In this document: one piece after another, positions 41,588-54,700 of the stretch
Layout: each line of letters opens with the position of its first letter
Numbering within the stretch: position 1 is the stretch's first letter
Assembly: GCA_964016885.1 (NCBI GenBank)
Contig: OZ024755.1
Location: 22,382,001-22,446,000, forward strand
Direction: 5' to 3'
DNA: 64,000 nucleotides
From: Eledone cirrhosa
Lineage: Eukaryota
Translations under genes and position numbers: made by a program
Notes under the pieces: model-generated
Told to the model about the DNA's origin: nothing
What the model saw: the letters and a program-made list of their open reading frames with translations, nothing else
Database searches by the model: none

Positions 41588-42289
41588 AACACCAAACTAC
41601 TAATCCAATATCATATTCATTCCACTATCTCACCTTTATACCCTAAAGCAATTAATTGATTTTATTCCTCTCTCTTTCTCCCCCCCCCCTCTCTCTCCTT
41701 TCCCCCTTCTCTCTACTTTCACTTCCTCCTCATCTCATTTACCCTGAATCTATTAATTAAGTTTACAATTTTTGTTTTTAATCCTTGCAAAGTCAACTTC
41801 TGCAAGTAAGAGAATCTTCAAATTCCAGCTGTCCTAAAAAAGCGGCCATTCACTAGGGTTATTCAAGAAGCTAACCAAGCTGTAAATGTTACACTAGAGA
41901 TGTTCTTATACAAACTGGAATCACTTACAAAGGGAGCTTGTCGAATAGAAAACAAGTAATGAATTTAAAAAAAAATGGATTCATTAAACATTATTCCTCC
42001 TGTTGTGGTCATATTTCTAATGAAATACAGTGTATTTCAATAAATTCTGAAAATAATCTAGAATTTGGAAGGGTTTGGTATAATAACTAACTTTTCAATA
42101 TTAAGATGAGATTTGGAACACATTTTAACAAAAAGGATCTTGATATTATGATAAAAAGTTTTAATATAAATATGAACACTTTAAAATTTATGGCAGTCTC
42201 AAGCAGGCTGGCCCCAAATGGGTTAGAAACTCTTTTCTAATATACTGAAAGTACTTGTTATGAATGAGTCCAACATTTGCAGGTTTTTG

Positions 42290-42475
42290 TCTACTACTAT
42301 TATTACATTCATCCACTTCTTTGTGGTGACATGATAAAACCTTTCCATCTCACACGATCAGACATTAACTGCCTCCATTCCCTACCGGATAATTCTGTAT
42401 CTTCCTCAGTGACTCTCTTTAATGTCTTCAGAGTTCTTCCATTTCTGCATTTCAATGTGTGAGCTCCCATAGTAA
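42290..42475 (-). mobile_element. LINE (RTE-like) 3' end with (TAG)n tail; opposite-orientation copy at 61010-61190
   Basis: Minus-strand peptide GRTLKTLKRVTEEDTEL...LMSDRVRWKGFI; reverse-complement match to 61010-61190. Confidence 0.7.
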
Positions 42476-43569
42476 AAGTGAGTGAAAGTGTACAACTGAG
42501 GTTTGTGGTAGAGTCTACTCGAGGTATGATTAGGGTCAGGTGTTCGTGGTAGAGTCTACTGCTACTGGAGGTAGGATTAGGGTCAGGTGAACTCGTAATA
42601 TCCTGTACCGCATGTGACTGCATTAGCAAGAAATTTGTAAAAAATACGAAACAGCATTATGACTGCATCACATTAAAACTTAAAGTAAATATTCTAGTTT
42701 ACTGCAAATTTTCACAACCATCTGTCCATCAGTAAAGGTACTATAAACATTTGAATTAAGAAACACATTTTTAGATAATTTCTGCTAAATCATTGCAGGA
42801 TGTTAGGAATTAAAAAAATATCTGGCACAGATCAAGGGAGACTTTTATGAAGTTGCTGGAGCCAAGTTGACAACAATTATATAATTAATGAGCATTTTGT
42901 TGGCTTGTAATACTGAATTGAAATTGTTCTACAGGTCTAGAGAATTGAGAGACCATAACTCCGATACTACTGACATGTGGTTAAAATGTCTCAGAAAAGA
43001 ATTGCTGGACAGATTTACGGGCAAAACTAGCCAGCAGGAAACCCAGGGGTAGAGCCTGAGCAAGATGGTTGGATAAAATCTATGAATCTCACTTGGGGAA
43101 AAAAGTGTTTGAGGACACTCCACCTACAATTCTCTCAAGAATATGTTGGAGAAGAAGAATACAATGGAAGTCATTCCAGTAACCTTCCCCCAATCTCAGA
43201 CCAGTTATTCATAATTCTACCTTACCCACCTTGCCAGTGAATCTAAGCCTGCCTTCCATTTTGAACCATATGTGATAGCTCTGGTGTGCAATACACAAGT
43301 GGATAGCTACCATTTGGTGTAGAGGGGAGGAGGTATTTTATGAGGAATTCCACAGTAGTAACCAGACTATTGATGCTTACAAAATGTGAGATAAGAGAAA
43401 TAACTTAGGTGAACCAATGGCATGAGTTTAGATAATTCAGGTAGATGGTGACGAAAACATAGACAAAAGCTTCTTGAAGTAGTTTATTGATGCTATGGTT
43501 AATTCTTTATCACTTAAATATATGCCAAAGCCACTCTCACTTAACTGCTTGTCAATATTACTGTCAAAA

Positions 43570-43790
43570 TGGTGGTGAATTGGCAGAATTGGTGGAACAT
43601 CGGATAAAATACCAGTGCAGTATTGCTTCTGACTCTTTACATTCTGAGTTCAAATCCTGTCGAGGTCAACTTTGTATTTCATCCTTCCAGGTCGATAAAA
43701 TAAAGTACCAGTAATGCACTGGGGTTGATTCAATCAATTCTGTCCTTCCCCCCAACATTTGCTGGCTTTGTGCCTAAATTAGAAATCAGT
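43570..43790 (+). mobile_element. Family-A SINE, older long variant
   Basis: ggtggtgaattggcagaattgg...ctgagttcaaatcc...gtcgataaaataaagtacc. Confidence 0.85.
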
Positions 43791-45159
43791 ATTGCTCTCA
43801 AATTCACTGTTGTTTAATGACTTGGTTGATCTGCCAGCTACCAAATTTACTATCTTGTAATTCTTTATATTAATAAAGAATTGGTGAGAGTTAGATTTTT
43901 TTTTTTTTTCTGTTGTTTTTTTTCAGTGCTATATTATTGAATCATAATACTACACACAAGTTCTCAAGTCTTCACTATTCTTTCAATATTACCACTCCAG
44001 ATATTCACATTACTAAACTAATTCTGCATAATCTAATTTTTTGTCAGTCAATATTACTGTCAACTTGTATTCAGCAATCAATTAGTTATTATGTCTTTGC
44101 ATATAGATGCTTTTGAGTACAGTTGGTAAGAAAACTTCTTTCTTTCATATTTTCACATGCAATTATTGCTTGTTGTCTACAAATTAGGCCCATGTTAATA
44201 TTCTCGCTGTCTTTGGTGTTTGTTTAAAATATTTGGTGTCTTTGCTAAACAAAGATTACTGTAAGTTGGATTCTCAGACAATTTTCCTCATCTTCAATGT
44301 GGTGTTCATACAATATTTCCATCTCTCTTCTCTTAAATAGTCTTTTGGCAAGTACCAGTCAAGTACTGGGGTCGATTCTTCCTCTATATCACTTTCTTAT
44401 TCCATTCTCTCACTCTCTGTCCTTCTCTGGAAGAAATCTGCTGTATTCAGACCTGGAGAGGAGATGGACTCCATTAGGTTTTAAAATGTCTTAGAGACCC
44501 TATGTCAACATGGCGCCCCTATGACTCCCTCAAGAGTTACTGGTCCATACCATACCAATATTTCTGATCTAGGGAGCCAGGTATTGAAGATACTCAAGTA
44601 TTAGACTTAATCATTTGTAATATTTTTCCAAGCAAGTCAATCCATGCCCATTTATTGTCTGAATTATTTTTCTTTTTTTCTTAAAACGGGTTTACAGCAA
44701 AAAAAATTCCTTTCAGAAAAAAACTGTTCCTGAATTGTGTCAGCCTAGTACCATTTAATTGTAGATGTATCAACTGAAAAAACTAATTGCAATATTATGT
44801 AATTTATCTAACCAGTCAGTTTCTATGCCAATCAAATGTTATCTAATGCATACTTCTGTCCATGTCCCCCCCCCCCCTACCTACATTCTTCTTTTCCACA
44901 TTTTCCATCCACACAGAACCATCACCTAGAAATTCAGCCTGAACATCAAATCAGCTTCACCCCCCCCCGGCCCCCCTCCACCGTCATTCCATCTAGAAGA
45001 GTCTAAAAAGATGAAAGGGCTAAGGACACTGTTTAATCTCTTCCTCTTCCTCCTCCTCCTCCTCAAATTAAGCAATGAAAAGAAAAACTGTTGATAAAAT
45101 TATCACAACTGTTGCTAGTGTTTCTGTGTCAATTATGTGGGAGGTTTGCTGCTTTCTTC

Positions 45160-45275
45160 TATTACTACTGCTGCTGCTGCTGCTGCTACTACTACTACTA
45201 CTGCTGCTGTTATTACTACTACTACTACTACTGCTGCTGTTACTACTACTACTACTATTACTATTTCTACCGTTA

Positions 45276-45313
<38 letters not shown>

Positions 45314-46025
45314 ACTACTGCTGCTGCTGCTATTACTATTAGTACTACTACTGCTCTACTACTATTACTGCGGGGTCGATAAAATAAAGTACCAGTAATG
45401 CACTGGGTAATTGCTGGCCTTGTGCCTAAAGTAGAGACAACTATTACTGCTGCTGCTGCTATTACTATTAGTACTACTACTGCTCTACTACTATTACTGC
45501 GGGGTCGATAAAATAAAGTACCAGTAATGCACTGGGTAATTGCTGGCCTTGTGCCTAAAGTAGAGACAACTATTACTGCTGCTGCTGCTATTACTATTAG
45601 TACTACTACTGCTCTACTACTATTACTGCTGCTGCTGCTATTACTATTAGTACTACTACTGCTCTACTACTATTACTGCTGCTGCTGCTATTACTATTAG
45701 TACTACTACTGCTCTACTACTATTACTGCTGCTGCTGCTATTACTATTAGTACTACTACTGCTCTACTACTATTACTGCTGCTGCTGCTATTACTATTAG
45801 TACTACTACTGCTCTACTACTATTACTGCTGCTGCTGCTATTACTATTAGTACTACTACTGCTGCTGCTGCTACTATTACTACTACTACTACTGCTGCTG
45901 CTACTACTACTGCTGCTGCTGCTACTAACTATTACTACTGCTGCTGCTGCTACTAACTATTACTACTGCTGCTGCTGCTACTACTATTACTACTACTACT
46001 GCTGCTGTTACTACTACTACTATTG
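45160..46025. repeat. (CTA)/(CTG) trinucleotide array with 42-bp higher-order unit and a duplicated SINE 3' half
   Basis: Unit ctgctgctgctgctattactattagtactactactgctctactactatta repeated; identical SINE fragments at 45370-45440 and 45499-45570. Confidence 0.9.
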
Positions 46026-46356
46026 ATACCAACATCAACACCACCAGCACCACTACCACTATTAGTACCACCTCCACCACCACAACCCCTAGCTACTAGT
46101 ACTACTACCCTACTACTATTCCTACTACTACTAATTGTAGATTGAAGGAAATTGGGTTGACATGTTCTCACTAGAGGGTGTTTTCATGGTCCCTGCCCCT
46201 GTAAAATGTGATATACCAAAGTAAGGCATCAATGACATCCCTGTATACAGAAGATTAAGGATGAAAGGATTTAGGGGGTTATCGCCTGCCTAGTGTAGGG
46301 GTTGGGTCATAGCAAGTAACTGTGTAAAATGGTCATCAATATATACATATAGAAGG

Positions 46357-46920
46357 GCGTTTGGTAGATTGGCAGCGTCAGACATTTTGTGGCATAGAAT
46401 TATGCCCCTTTACATTTTGAGTTCAAATCCTGCCAAAGTTAGCTTTGCCTTTCATCCTTAATCAATGAAATATAGCAATACATTGAGGTTGATCTAATTG
46501 ACTTTCCCCTTCCTTTCAAATTGTTGGCCTTGTGTCTAAATCAGAAACCATTATATAGAAGGGTGGGGGTTTGGCAACATCGGACAATATTCTTTACAGC
46601 ATAGAGTTACACACCTTTATGTTCTGAGTTCAAATCCCATCGAGGTTAGCTTTACCTTTCGTCTTTACAGAGTTGATAAAATAAAGTACCAGTTGGTCTT
46701 GTGCCTAAATCAAAAACCATTATTATATATAGAAGGGCGGTGGATTGGCAGTATCGGTAGAGGGTCGGACGCCATGCTTTCCAGCATAGTTATGTCCCTT
46801 TACGATCTGAGTTCAAATCCTGCCGAGGTTGACTTTGCCTTTCATCCTTACGGGGTCGATAAAATAAAGTACCAGTAATGCACTCGGTAATTGCTGGCCT
46901 TGTGCCTAAAGTAGAAACAA
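46357..46920 (+). mobile_element. Three head-to-tail family-A SINEs
   Basis: Three cores separated by ATATAGAAGG at 46347, 46553, 46727 and 46928. Confidence 0.9.
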
Positions 46921-46987
46921 TTATTATATATAGAAGGAAAAGTATGGAAGAAAATGAAATCCCCAAATGTGTTAGTCATAGAATGTA

Positions 46988-47041
<54 letters not shown>

Positions 47042-47486
47042 ATACAAGAGTGTGGTGAGAACAATGGCTTTGTAGATTTTAATTTTGGTTTCCAGAAATA
47101 GTGAGAACTGATCCTAAATTGCTAAATCTCCCAGGGAAGAGGTTGAATGAACAAAAGTAGAGTGAAGCAATGCTAGAGAAGATCTGTCCAACCCATGCAA
47201 GAATAGACAAGCAGATGCAGATGTAAAATGATGATGATGTTGATAGCATAGTTTTCTTTTGAATATCAACTGGTGTTAGTTTCAGATAATGGCTGCCCTA
47301 TGTTACATCCATATTGTAAACTATGTAGATGTCTGGATATCTTCAAATTCTATTATAATAGACTTCCTTGGACTACAGCTCTACATCTGTAACCCATTGT
47401 GCATATATTTATATGTTTCTCTATCTTTATGCTATATTATCTGTTGCAAGTGCTTAACACATAACTCTACTTCCTCTGTATCATTA

Positions 47487-47705
47487 TGGTGGATTGGTAG
47501 TAACCGGTAGAGCGTCAGACAACATGCTTTGTGGCATATAGTTACATTTCTTTACATTCTGAGTTCAAATCCCGCCAAGGTTAGTTTTGCCTTTCATCCT
47601 TATGGGGCCGATAAAATAAAGTACCGGTAATGCAATGGGGTCGATTTAATCAACTTTCTCCTGCCCCTGAAAATTGTTGGCTTTGTGTCTAAATCAGAAA
47701 CCATT
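47487..47705 (+). mobile_element. Family-A SINE
   Basis: Family-A head and core. Confidence 0.85.
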
Positions 47706-47864
47706 ATAGCTTTATGCTCTGATCATTCTTACTTTAACAACCTCCATCTGACAAACCAGTGAGTGGAATTCAAGTTAATAATAGAAGCTTCTAATGTCAT
47801 TGCTTAACTAGATCAATGGAGTAGCAAACATTGACCTCATCAAACACACTGCCAAGATACTTAA

Positions 47865-48072
47865 CCCTTTAGCATTTACATTACTCTATATATATACTCT
47901 TGTATTTTTGTGGTAAAGGCTTTATCTCACATAATATCGAATCTATGAGATTTTGACACTATTTATTTTGAGAACAATACCTTAATGTCAGTATGAGCGG
48001 CGAGTTATAGCCAGTTTCAACATAAAGGTGAGATAATTCTGGCTGGATACGGCCAGTTTAAATGCTAAAGGG
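47865..48072 (+). mobile_element. piggyBac-type MITE
   Basis: TTAA|CCCTTTAGCATTTA...TAAATGCTAAAGGG|ATAA; same family as 12315-12521. Confidence 0.88.
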
Positions 48073-48574
48073 ATAAACAAATTATACTTAATGTGTGTGA
48101 TGTTATAAAAATGCTAGGTGATGATATCAACTTCAATTTTGCTTAGCACCTCCAACCTTTCTAGCTCCAAGATATTTAGTTAAGTTAAATTTCATAGATA
48201 TAATATTTTGTGAAGTATTATATGTAAAGCCTGATACATGTACACATACATAATTACACATCCCTGGATTCTTATTTGATGAAATATGTTTTAATTTTGT
48301 AGTCTTTCACTCCTGTAGTAGTCTTGAATAGATGAGAATAGCTCACACCATACTCTGCCTGAGTTTATTTATAAACATACCATATTTCTTTAGAAATACG
48401 AAATTCAAATGCATATTTGTATACAGCTATGTTTGAAGCTAAATTCTAATTCTATTCTATTCTAAGTTGAGCCAACTTATACAGCTTCATATGCAAATGA
48501 GATTAATCACCTCATTTACACAGACGAAAAACTATATATTTTCGCCTGTTTTCAAAGTTCAGCAGTTGCAAGAG

Positions 48575-48618
48575 ATCGTCCTGACGAGAACCAGTTCAGT
48601 TCAAAATGCATCAACAAT
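48575..48618 (+). ncRNA. Inactivated (CpG-decayed) minimal hammerhead ribozyme
   Basis: ATCGTC-CTGACGA-GAAC-CAGTTCA-GTTC-AAAA-TGCA-TC-AACAAT. Restoring CpGs gives a perfect type I hammerhead. Confidence 0.6.
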
Positions 48619-48802
48619 TGCGCCCCCTTGCTTTTGCTGACACCACTGGGTGGCGTTAGCTGCCAGTGTTTTTATTAAAAATAAAATAAAACAAAAATAA
48701 CGTTGATATTAGCTCCTACCATTTCAGTAATTTCTGGAACAATTTGAACATTTCAAACCTTGAAGATCACTCCTTCCTTAGTTTAAAATTATCATCATGA
48801 TT

Positions 48803-49012
48803 AACTGCTGGGTAAAGAAGTGCCAAGAAATCCCAGTAGAAGGAAGACGCAGTAGAGGAAGACCACGAAAAACATGGGTGGAGGTGGTGAGAGCTGATCT
48901 CAAATCGCTGAAGCTCACGGAGGAGATGACGAAGGACCGTGACGAGTGGAGAGATGCTGCGCTGAATAGGACCCATGCAAGCAGGGAAAAGCGGATATAA
49001 AATGATGATGAT
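48803..49012 (+). mobile_element. RTE 3' fragment inserted into a ~30-bp tandem repeat
   Basis: High similarity to 9890-10100; flanked by ttccttagtttaaaattatcatcatga units (one upstream, three downstream). Confidence 0.9.
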
Positions 49013-50574
49013 TCTTTCATTAGTTTAAAATTACCATCATGATTCCTTCCTTAGTTTAAAATTATCACCATGATTCTTTCCTTAGTTTAAAATTATCATA
49101 TTACCATACATTTAAAAATAAGATAGGTATTTTTTTTTTTTTTCTCTTTCTTTTTTCTCATTTTTGGTTATTGCAATTGTAAGAATTCTTCCTCTGTATT
49201 TTATCTAACAAATTCTACGAGTAACTTTCTATATTTGAAAATGTTTAATTAACTAAAGATATTGTAGTATATTTCTACTGAATTTTCTTTTTTTTTTCTT
49301 TATTTGAATTCCACTTTTACATTGCTCCCGAAATATATATATTGACCCAAAGTAGAAAGACATGCAGCAATAAATAACATGATGACAAAAAGCAAATAAA
49401 TATTAATTTATTAATAGTTAGTTCTTATTGAATTCAGGGAGATTGATTTTTTATTATTATTATTATTTTTTTTTTTTTTCTGGAAAGAAAATGGTCTGTA
49501 TGAAAATCTTGCTTCAAATATGAAAGAGAAGAAATTTTATGTAATAGTAACTTGTTCTACTTCTTTGTTTCCTTTGGTTCTATTTCTTTCTTTTTTTTAT
49601 AAGCATTTGATCTTAAATGGGCTTACTTTAACCATCTGCAGGCAGATAAAAGATTACGTGCTGAACATCATTAAAAAAATAATTTTTACAGATAAAAATT
49701 CTCAACAACAGAAAGTAGCTGCTTCTATTTCAGACATATCTTAAACAAGGGGTAGTGAAGTGAAAATAATTAGAAGCTTAATCTATATTTATTTCTATAA
49801 AACACCTTACTCATTCAAGTTCAGACTAAATGTTCTGCTGAAAGAAAGTCTCTATGTCCTATCATTCATATATCTAATGTCATATTAGGGGCAAGCCTAC
49901 ATTTTGGGGGTCCTAAAGTTTCAACTATTATAGGGACTCTTTTGCAAGTAGTTGCAATAAGATAGTTACTTTTAGGGCTCTAAAGTTTAAGTTTTATTAA
50001 TTTCAAAATAGATCCACCAGTAGTTAGACCCAGAACAAATGGGAGCAGTTCTCTAGTATAATATATATGCCTGGTATAAAGTCAACAATTGTTAAAGGTC
50101 AAAGTAATTTTTTAACTCAGTAAAAAATTGAGCCTTTGTCACACACAAACTTGGTTTTGTAAAAATGTGTTGTTACTTGAAAGGTTAACAAAGAATATAG
50201 AGCTTAGCATTTTTAGGGTATGTGATAATTTTAGTTGCATTGTTCATAAAAAGTAACAATGGTCATGTTCTGGCATTGTCACAGTCAGATTTGATAAGAG
50301 GACCTAAGTCAGCTAGCAGATCCAGCCACCTCTAAGAAAGAAAGTGTATCAATGAAGACTAGACATCATCACATCAGTGTTCAATCATTAATGCTCCATT
50401 TTCAATTTGTTGTATGTTCCTTTTTGTCCCATTTTCATAGACAATAGAGTCAAACGATTGAAGATGGGAAAATTAATAATCTAATACAGTGGTTACCAAA
50501 CTTATTTTTCATGGAACCCATATATAATTTTCCAAAAATTGTGGAATCCATACATATATTTTACAGAAAACCCT

Positions 50575-50830
50575 CACTAGTTGTGAGTTCAACTTCTGGA
50601 CCAGGTGATGCATCATGTCCTTGAGCAAGACACTTTATTCACTCAACTGGAAACAATGAATTGCCACATCACTGGTGCCAAACTGTATTGGTATTGGTCT
50701 TTTTCTGGGAGAACATTGGTGGCGTGGATTGGGGAGATTGGCATGCTTGAGCGACTGCTAGTCTTCCGCAAAAATATTTTGCTCAGGCTTTGAGGAAAAC
50801 CCATGGATATCTGTGACTGAAGGGAGTCCT
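50575..50830 (+). mobile_element. Family-B SINE; 3' part also at 62280-62445
   Basis: gagttcaa...gtccttgagcaagacactt; acat(t/c)ggtggc(g/a)tgga...gactgct(a/g)gtcttcc...cccatgg shared between the two loci. Confidence 0.6.
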
Positions 50831-50969
50831 ATACACATATATTTGCTATCGAATACTTGCTAACATTATATGATTACGCAAGCAGCGATACATAGGTATT
50901 TCGTCTGTTACAGAAACATATGTCAATACCTAATAAATTCCTTTATAAAAGCACTTTCATTTTATATTC

Positions 50970-51018
<49 letters not shown>

Positions 51019-51205
51019 ATGTTAAAATAGTCAAATGACTATCTTATATATATATATATATATAGTTATGTAATAAACAACATAAGGCAATTATTTCATT
51101 TGCCATTTCATTTGCCTTATGTCATTTATTACATAACTATTAAGCTCTGTAACCTACACAGAGCACTCTTTTTTCCTGGACCTTTCCGACGGAATTACTT
51201 CATTT

Positions 51206-51240
<35 letters not shown>

Positions 51241-53326
51241 AATTGAGCCATTGTCATAGATATATATATCTATTATGGCTTGACTTTCCTAACGCAGATT
51301 TATAAAAGGGGTCTGCACACATCTATTGCAAACCTGCTGGTGGCTTATAAGACCAATATATAGATAGCTAATATTTAATATAATCCTCAATACACTATGC
51401 CTGAAAAATAAAGACAAGATAGTCATAACTGGATTATCTTTGATCATGGGTCAACTCTATCAGAGCCTACCTGAAGCTAAACAACAACAACAACAGCTCT
51501 ATGAATTTAAACTGAACATAAAATGTGAGATTGCGAGTTCGATTCCAGGCAAGGCAATGCAATATGTCCTTGAGCAAGACATTTTATTTCACAGTGATAT
51601 TTCTGCTAGGAGTTGTGACTGGTAAATAGTATCAGCAATTGGAAAGACCAATAGAAACATTGTTTCCTTGGCCCAATTTGATGAGTTTTACCCTACTTTT
51701 TAAGTGAATGAGGTCAGAACTTGTTGATCGACTATTATTACTATTTCCCAGACTAAGAAGGCTTGAAAAAGATATTAGTGTGCCATCCTATTTACAATAA
51801 ATAAATAATGATAATAGTAAGTAAATCAATAATTATTTAGTCACACTATTATTCAATATTTTCACTGAAACGAGACCTGAAGGTCAACAAAATTATTTGT
51901 TAACATTTGATGGAAATAGACATTATATAAACTGCTTTATTCTGGAAATTTCCACCAAATCTATTGCCACACATGTTTATTGCTTCTCTATTGATTTTAT
52001 CCAATAATTGTTTCTATAGAAACAAAACCACTTTTGACAAACCTACATGGAAATGTTTCCCTACAGTACATAATGTTTATTGAACCAGATTAGAAATAAG
52101 AAAAACAAAATACGGGATGCTCTTCGTGTTGTTTTTTTCCTCTACAATAAAATAATAGAACCTAACGCTACATTTCTGTGTGAAAAGGATATTGGTAGAA
52201 ATATAAATTCAATACTTATACCTTTAAATATTGTCATCTCCTCCCACCCTACACACAATTTTAATATATACGATTCTACGATTGAATGATTGAATCCAGA
52301 AGTATTAAAACAATAATGATTTTTAAAAAAAAGAACAAAACTCAATTGAGATCAAATTTCATATAAAATACGAATGTATTTATTTATTATTTCACTGGAA
52401 AGAGTGTGTGTAGGCAGAAACTTCCTCCACCAATTTGACAACTTATCCTTGTATGTCATTATTTATATTTTACTATGATGGAGGTTGCATGTGGCCAGAA
52501 AGAAAACTGTTGCTACTGCTGCTACAACTACTATTGCTGCTGTTTGTATATCAAGTATGTGTGGGTGGACAGTGATGCTGAAAATGTCTACTGCTACTAC
52601 TACTACTACTAATGCTAATCCTCGAATGTATCAGTCTGATAAAAGTATTTTGTCATTGCTGTTATTCTCCTTGATTTTCATTCACAGCTGAAGACATTTC
52701 ATTTCACTTGTGTCGGAGGAAAGTAAAAACATCACATCATTCCATTCCCTTAAGTGCTTCAAGCTTCTTCATTCTTTATAGTTAAAGTTTATTTCTTTCA
52801 CTCATATTGTTCCAGATCAATGTATTTACAGGTTTTCAATGACAATAACTGGCTTAACTAAATAACTCCACTTTATATGGAAGATTATCTATTAGTTTTA
52901 GGAAGATCAAAACAGATCAAGATCTTATGCCACTAAGTAAAAATTGTTGGGTTGCCTTGTGATTTTGATACCATTTTGATTTGATGACAAAACCTCAAAC
53001 AGATGTAATAATAGGGAAAAAGTTTTAATTTCATTGTTGATTAGTCCTTTCTAATAAATTCTGGTATGTTGTCACTTCTATTTAGATCCATGTAATCATT
53101 AAAAAAATTAACACAATTAATTAATTATTTACCTCATATATTCAAATATATTCATCCAAGGGAAAATTATGTTTCATTAAGAAAAGAGTAATTTAATCCA
53201 AGTATATTTCAGAGCATGTTATGCAATTGCAGTTGATGAAAATAAGATTTAAAAAGGACATGTGATAAGATAAAGTGTATCACAGACAAAAATATTTTAT
53301 AGAAGAAATGATAAAAGAAGAAATGA

Positions 53327-53487
53327 TAAAAGAAGAAATTACTAATGTCTGTTCATAAATATTTGCTCAATATTTAAAGTTCTTTGAAGCACATGTGACT
53401 GTATTAGACACACAGTCACATGTGCTTCAAAGAACTTTAAATATTGAGCAAATATTTATGAACAGACATTAGTAATTTCTTCTTTTA
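53327..53487. repeat. Perfect inverted repeat, 76-bp arms, 9-nt loop
   Basis: 53327-53402 is the exact reverse complement of 53412-53487; loop attagacac. Confidence 0.95.
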
Positions 53488-53909
53488 GACACACAATCAC
53501 ATAGATTCACTGACTTATTTATCTTTACAGAAGTGAAATAAAACCAGGCATCATATTTCTTCTGCATTTACTGATTGAGAATTTATAGTCAGAATGTATG
53601 CATCAATAGGTGATTGGCCCTATCGATTTTATGGGATTGGAAATGAGTGAAGTGAAATGATTCCAAGTAAGAATCAAAAGCAGGTGTCCATGAGTTTAGT
53701 TACTTCATTTTCCATAGCAGCTTACTCGAGCTTATGCTAATATTTCTTTCCTGTTGTCACTATCTTATGATTGAAAAATTGCCTGTAGAGGAATCTAGCT
53801 ATGCAGTTGTGAATGTATAAATATTCAATTTTGTAACTGGGAATCCAGAATCCGGTGTAAATAACAATTTCATAAAATTCTTCAACATATTCAGGCACAG
53901 AAAATCTCT

Positions 53910-53931
53910 GTATATGCATGTATATATATAT

Positions 53932-53988
<57 letters not shown>

Positions 53989-54037
53989 TGCATGCATGTA
54001 TATATATATATATATATATATATGCATGCATGCATGT

Positions 54038-54080
<43 letters not shown>

Positions 54081-54225
54081 TGCATGTAGATATATATATA
54101 TATATATATATGCATGTATATATGTATATATGTATATATGCATATATATATATGTATATATGCATATATGTATATATGCATGTATATATATATATATATG
54201 TATATATGTATATATGTATATATGC

Positions 54226-54268
<43 letters not shown>

Positions 54269-54283
54269 TATATGTATATATGC

Positions 54284-54324
<41 letters not shown>

Positions 54325-54339
54325 TATATGTATATATGC

Positions 54340-54386
<47 letters not shown>

Positions 54387-54401
54387 TATATGTATATATG
54401 C

Positions 54402-54442
<41 letters not shown>

Positions 54443-54457
54443 TATATGTATATATGC

Positions 54458-54494
<37 letters not shown>

Positions 54495-54509
54495 TATATG
54501 TATATATGC

Positions 54510-54549
<40 letters not shown>

Positions 54550-54624
54550 ATACTTTGGGAGGGTCATGTTGCCAATAACAAATTCAGAAACGAAATATAT
54601 ATATATGCATATATGTATATATGC

Positions 54625-54659
<35 letters not shown>

Positions 54660-54700
54660 TATATGTATATATGCATGTATATATATATATATATATATAT
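53910..54700. repeat. (TA)n array punctuated by TGCATATATGTATATATGCATG
   Basis: Directly visible. Confidence 0.95.

Noticed and set aside
37066-41646. 1526-aa (LATLTP)n ORF as a gene
   Set aside because: By-product of an 18-bp stop-free satellite; all variants are missense in this frame.
45075-45398. Poly-L, poly-Y/C and poly-T/A ORFs
   Set aside because: Trinucleotide repeat translations.
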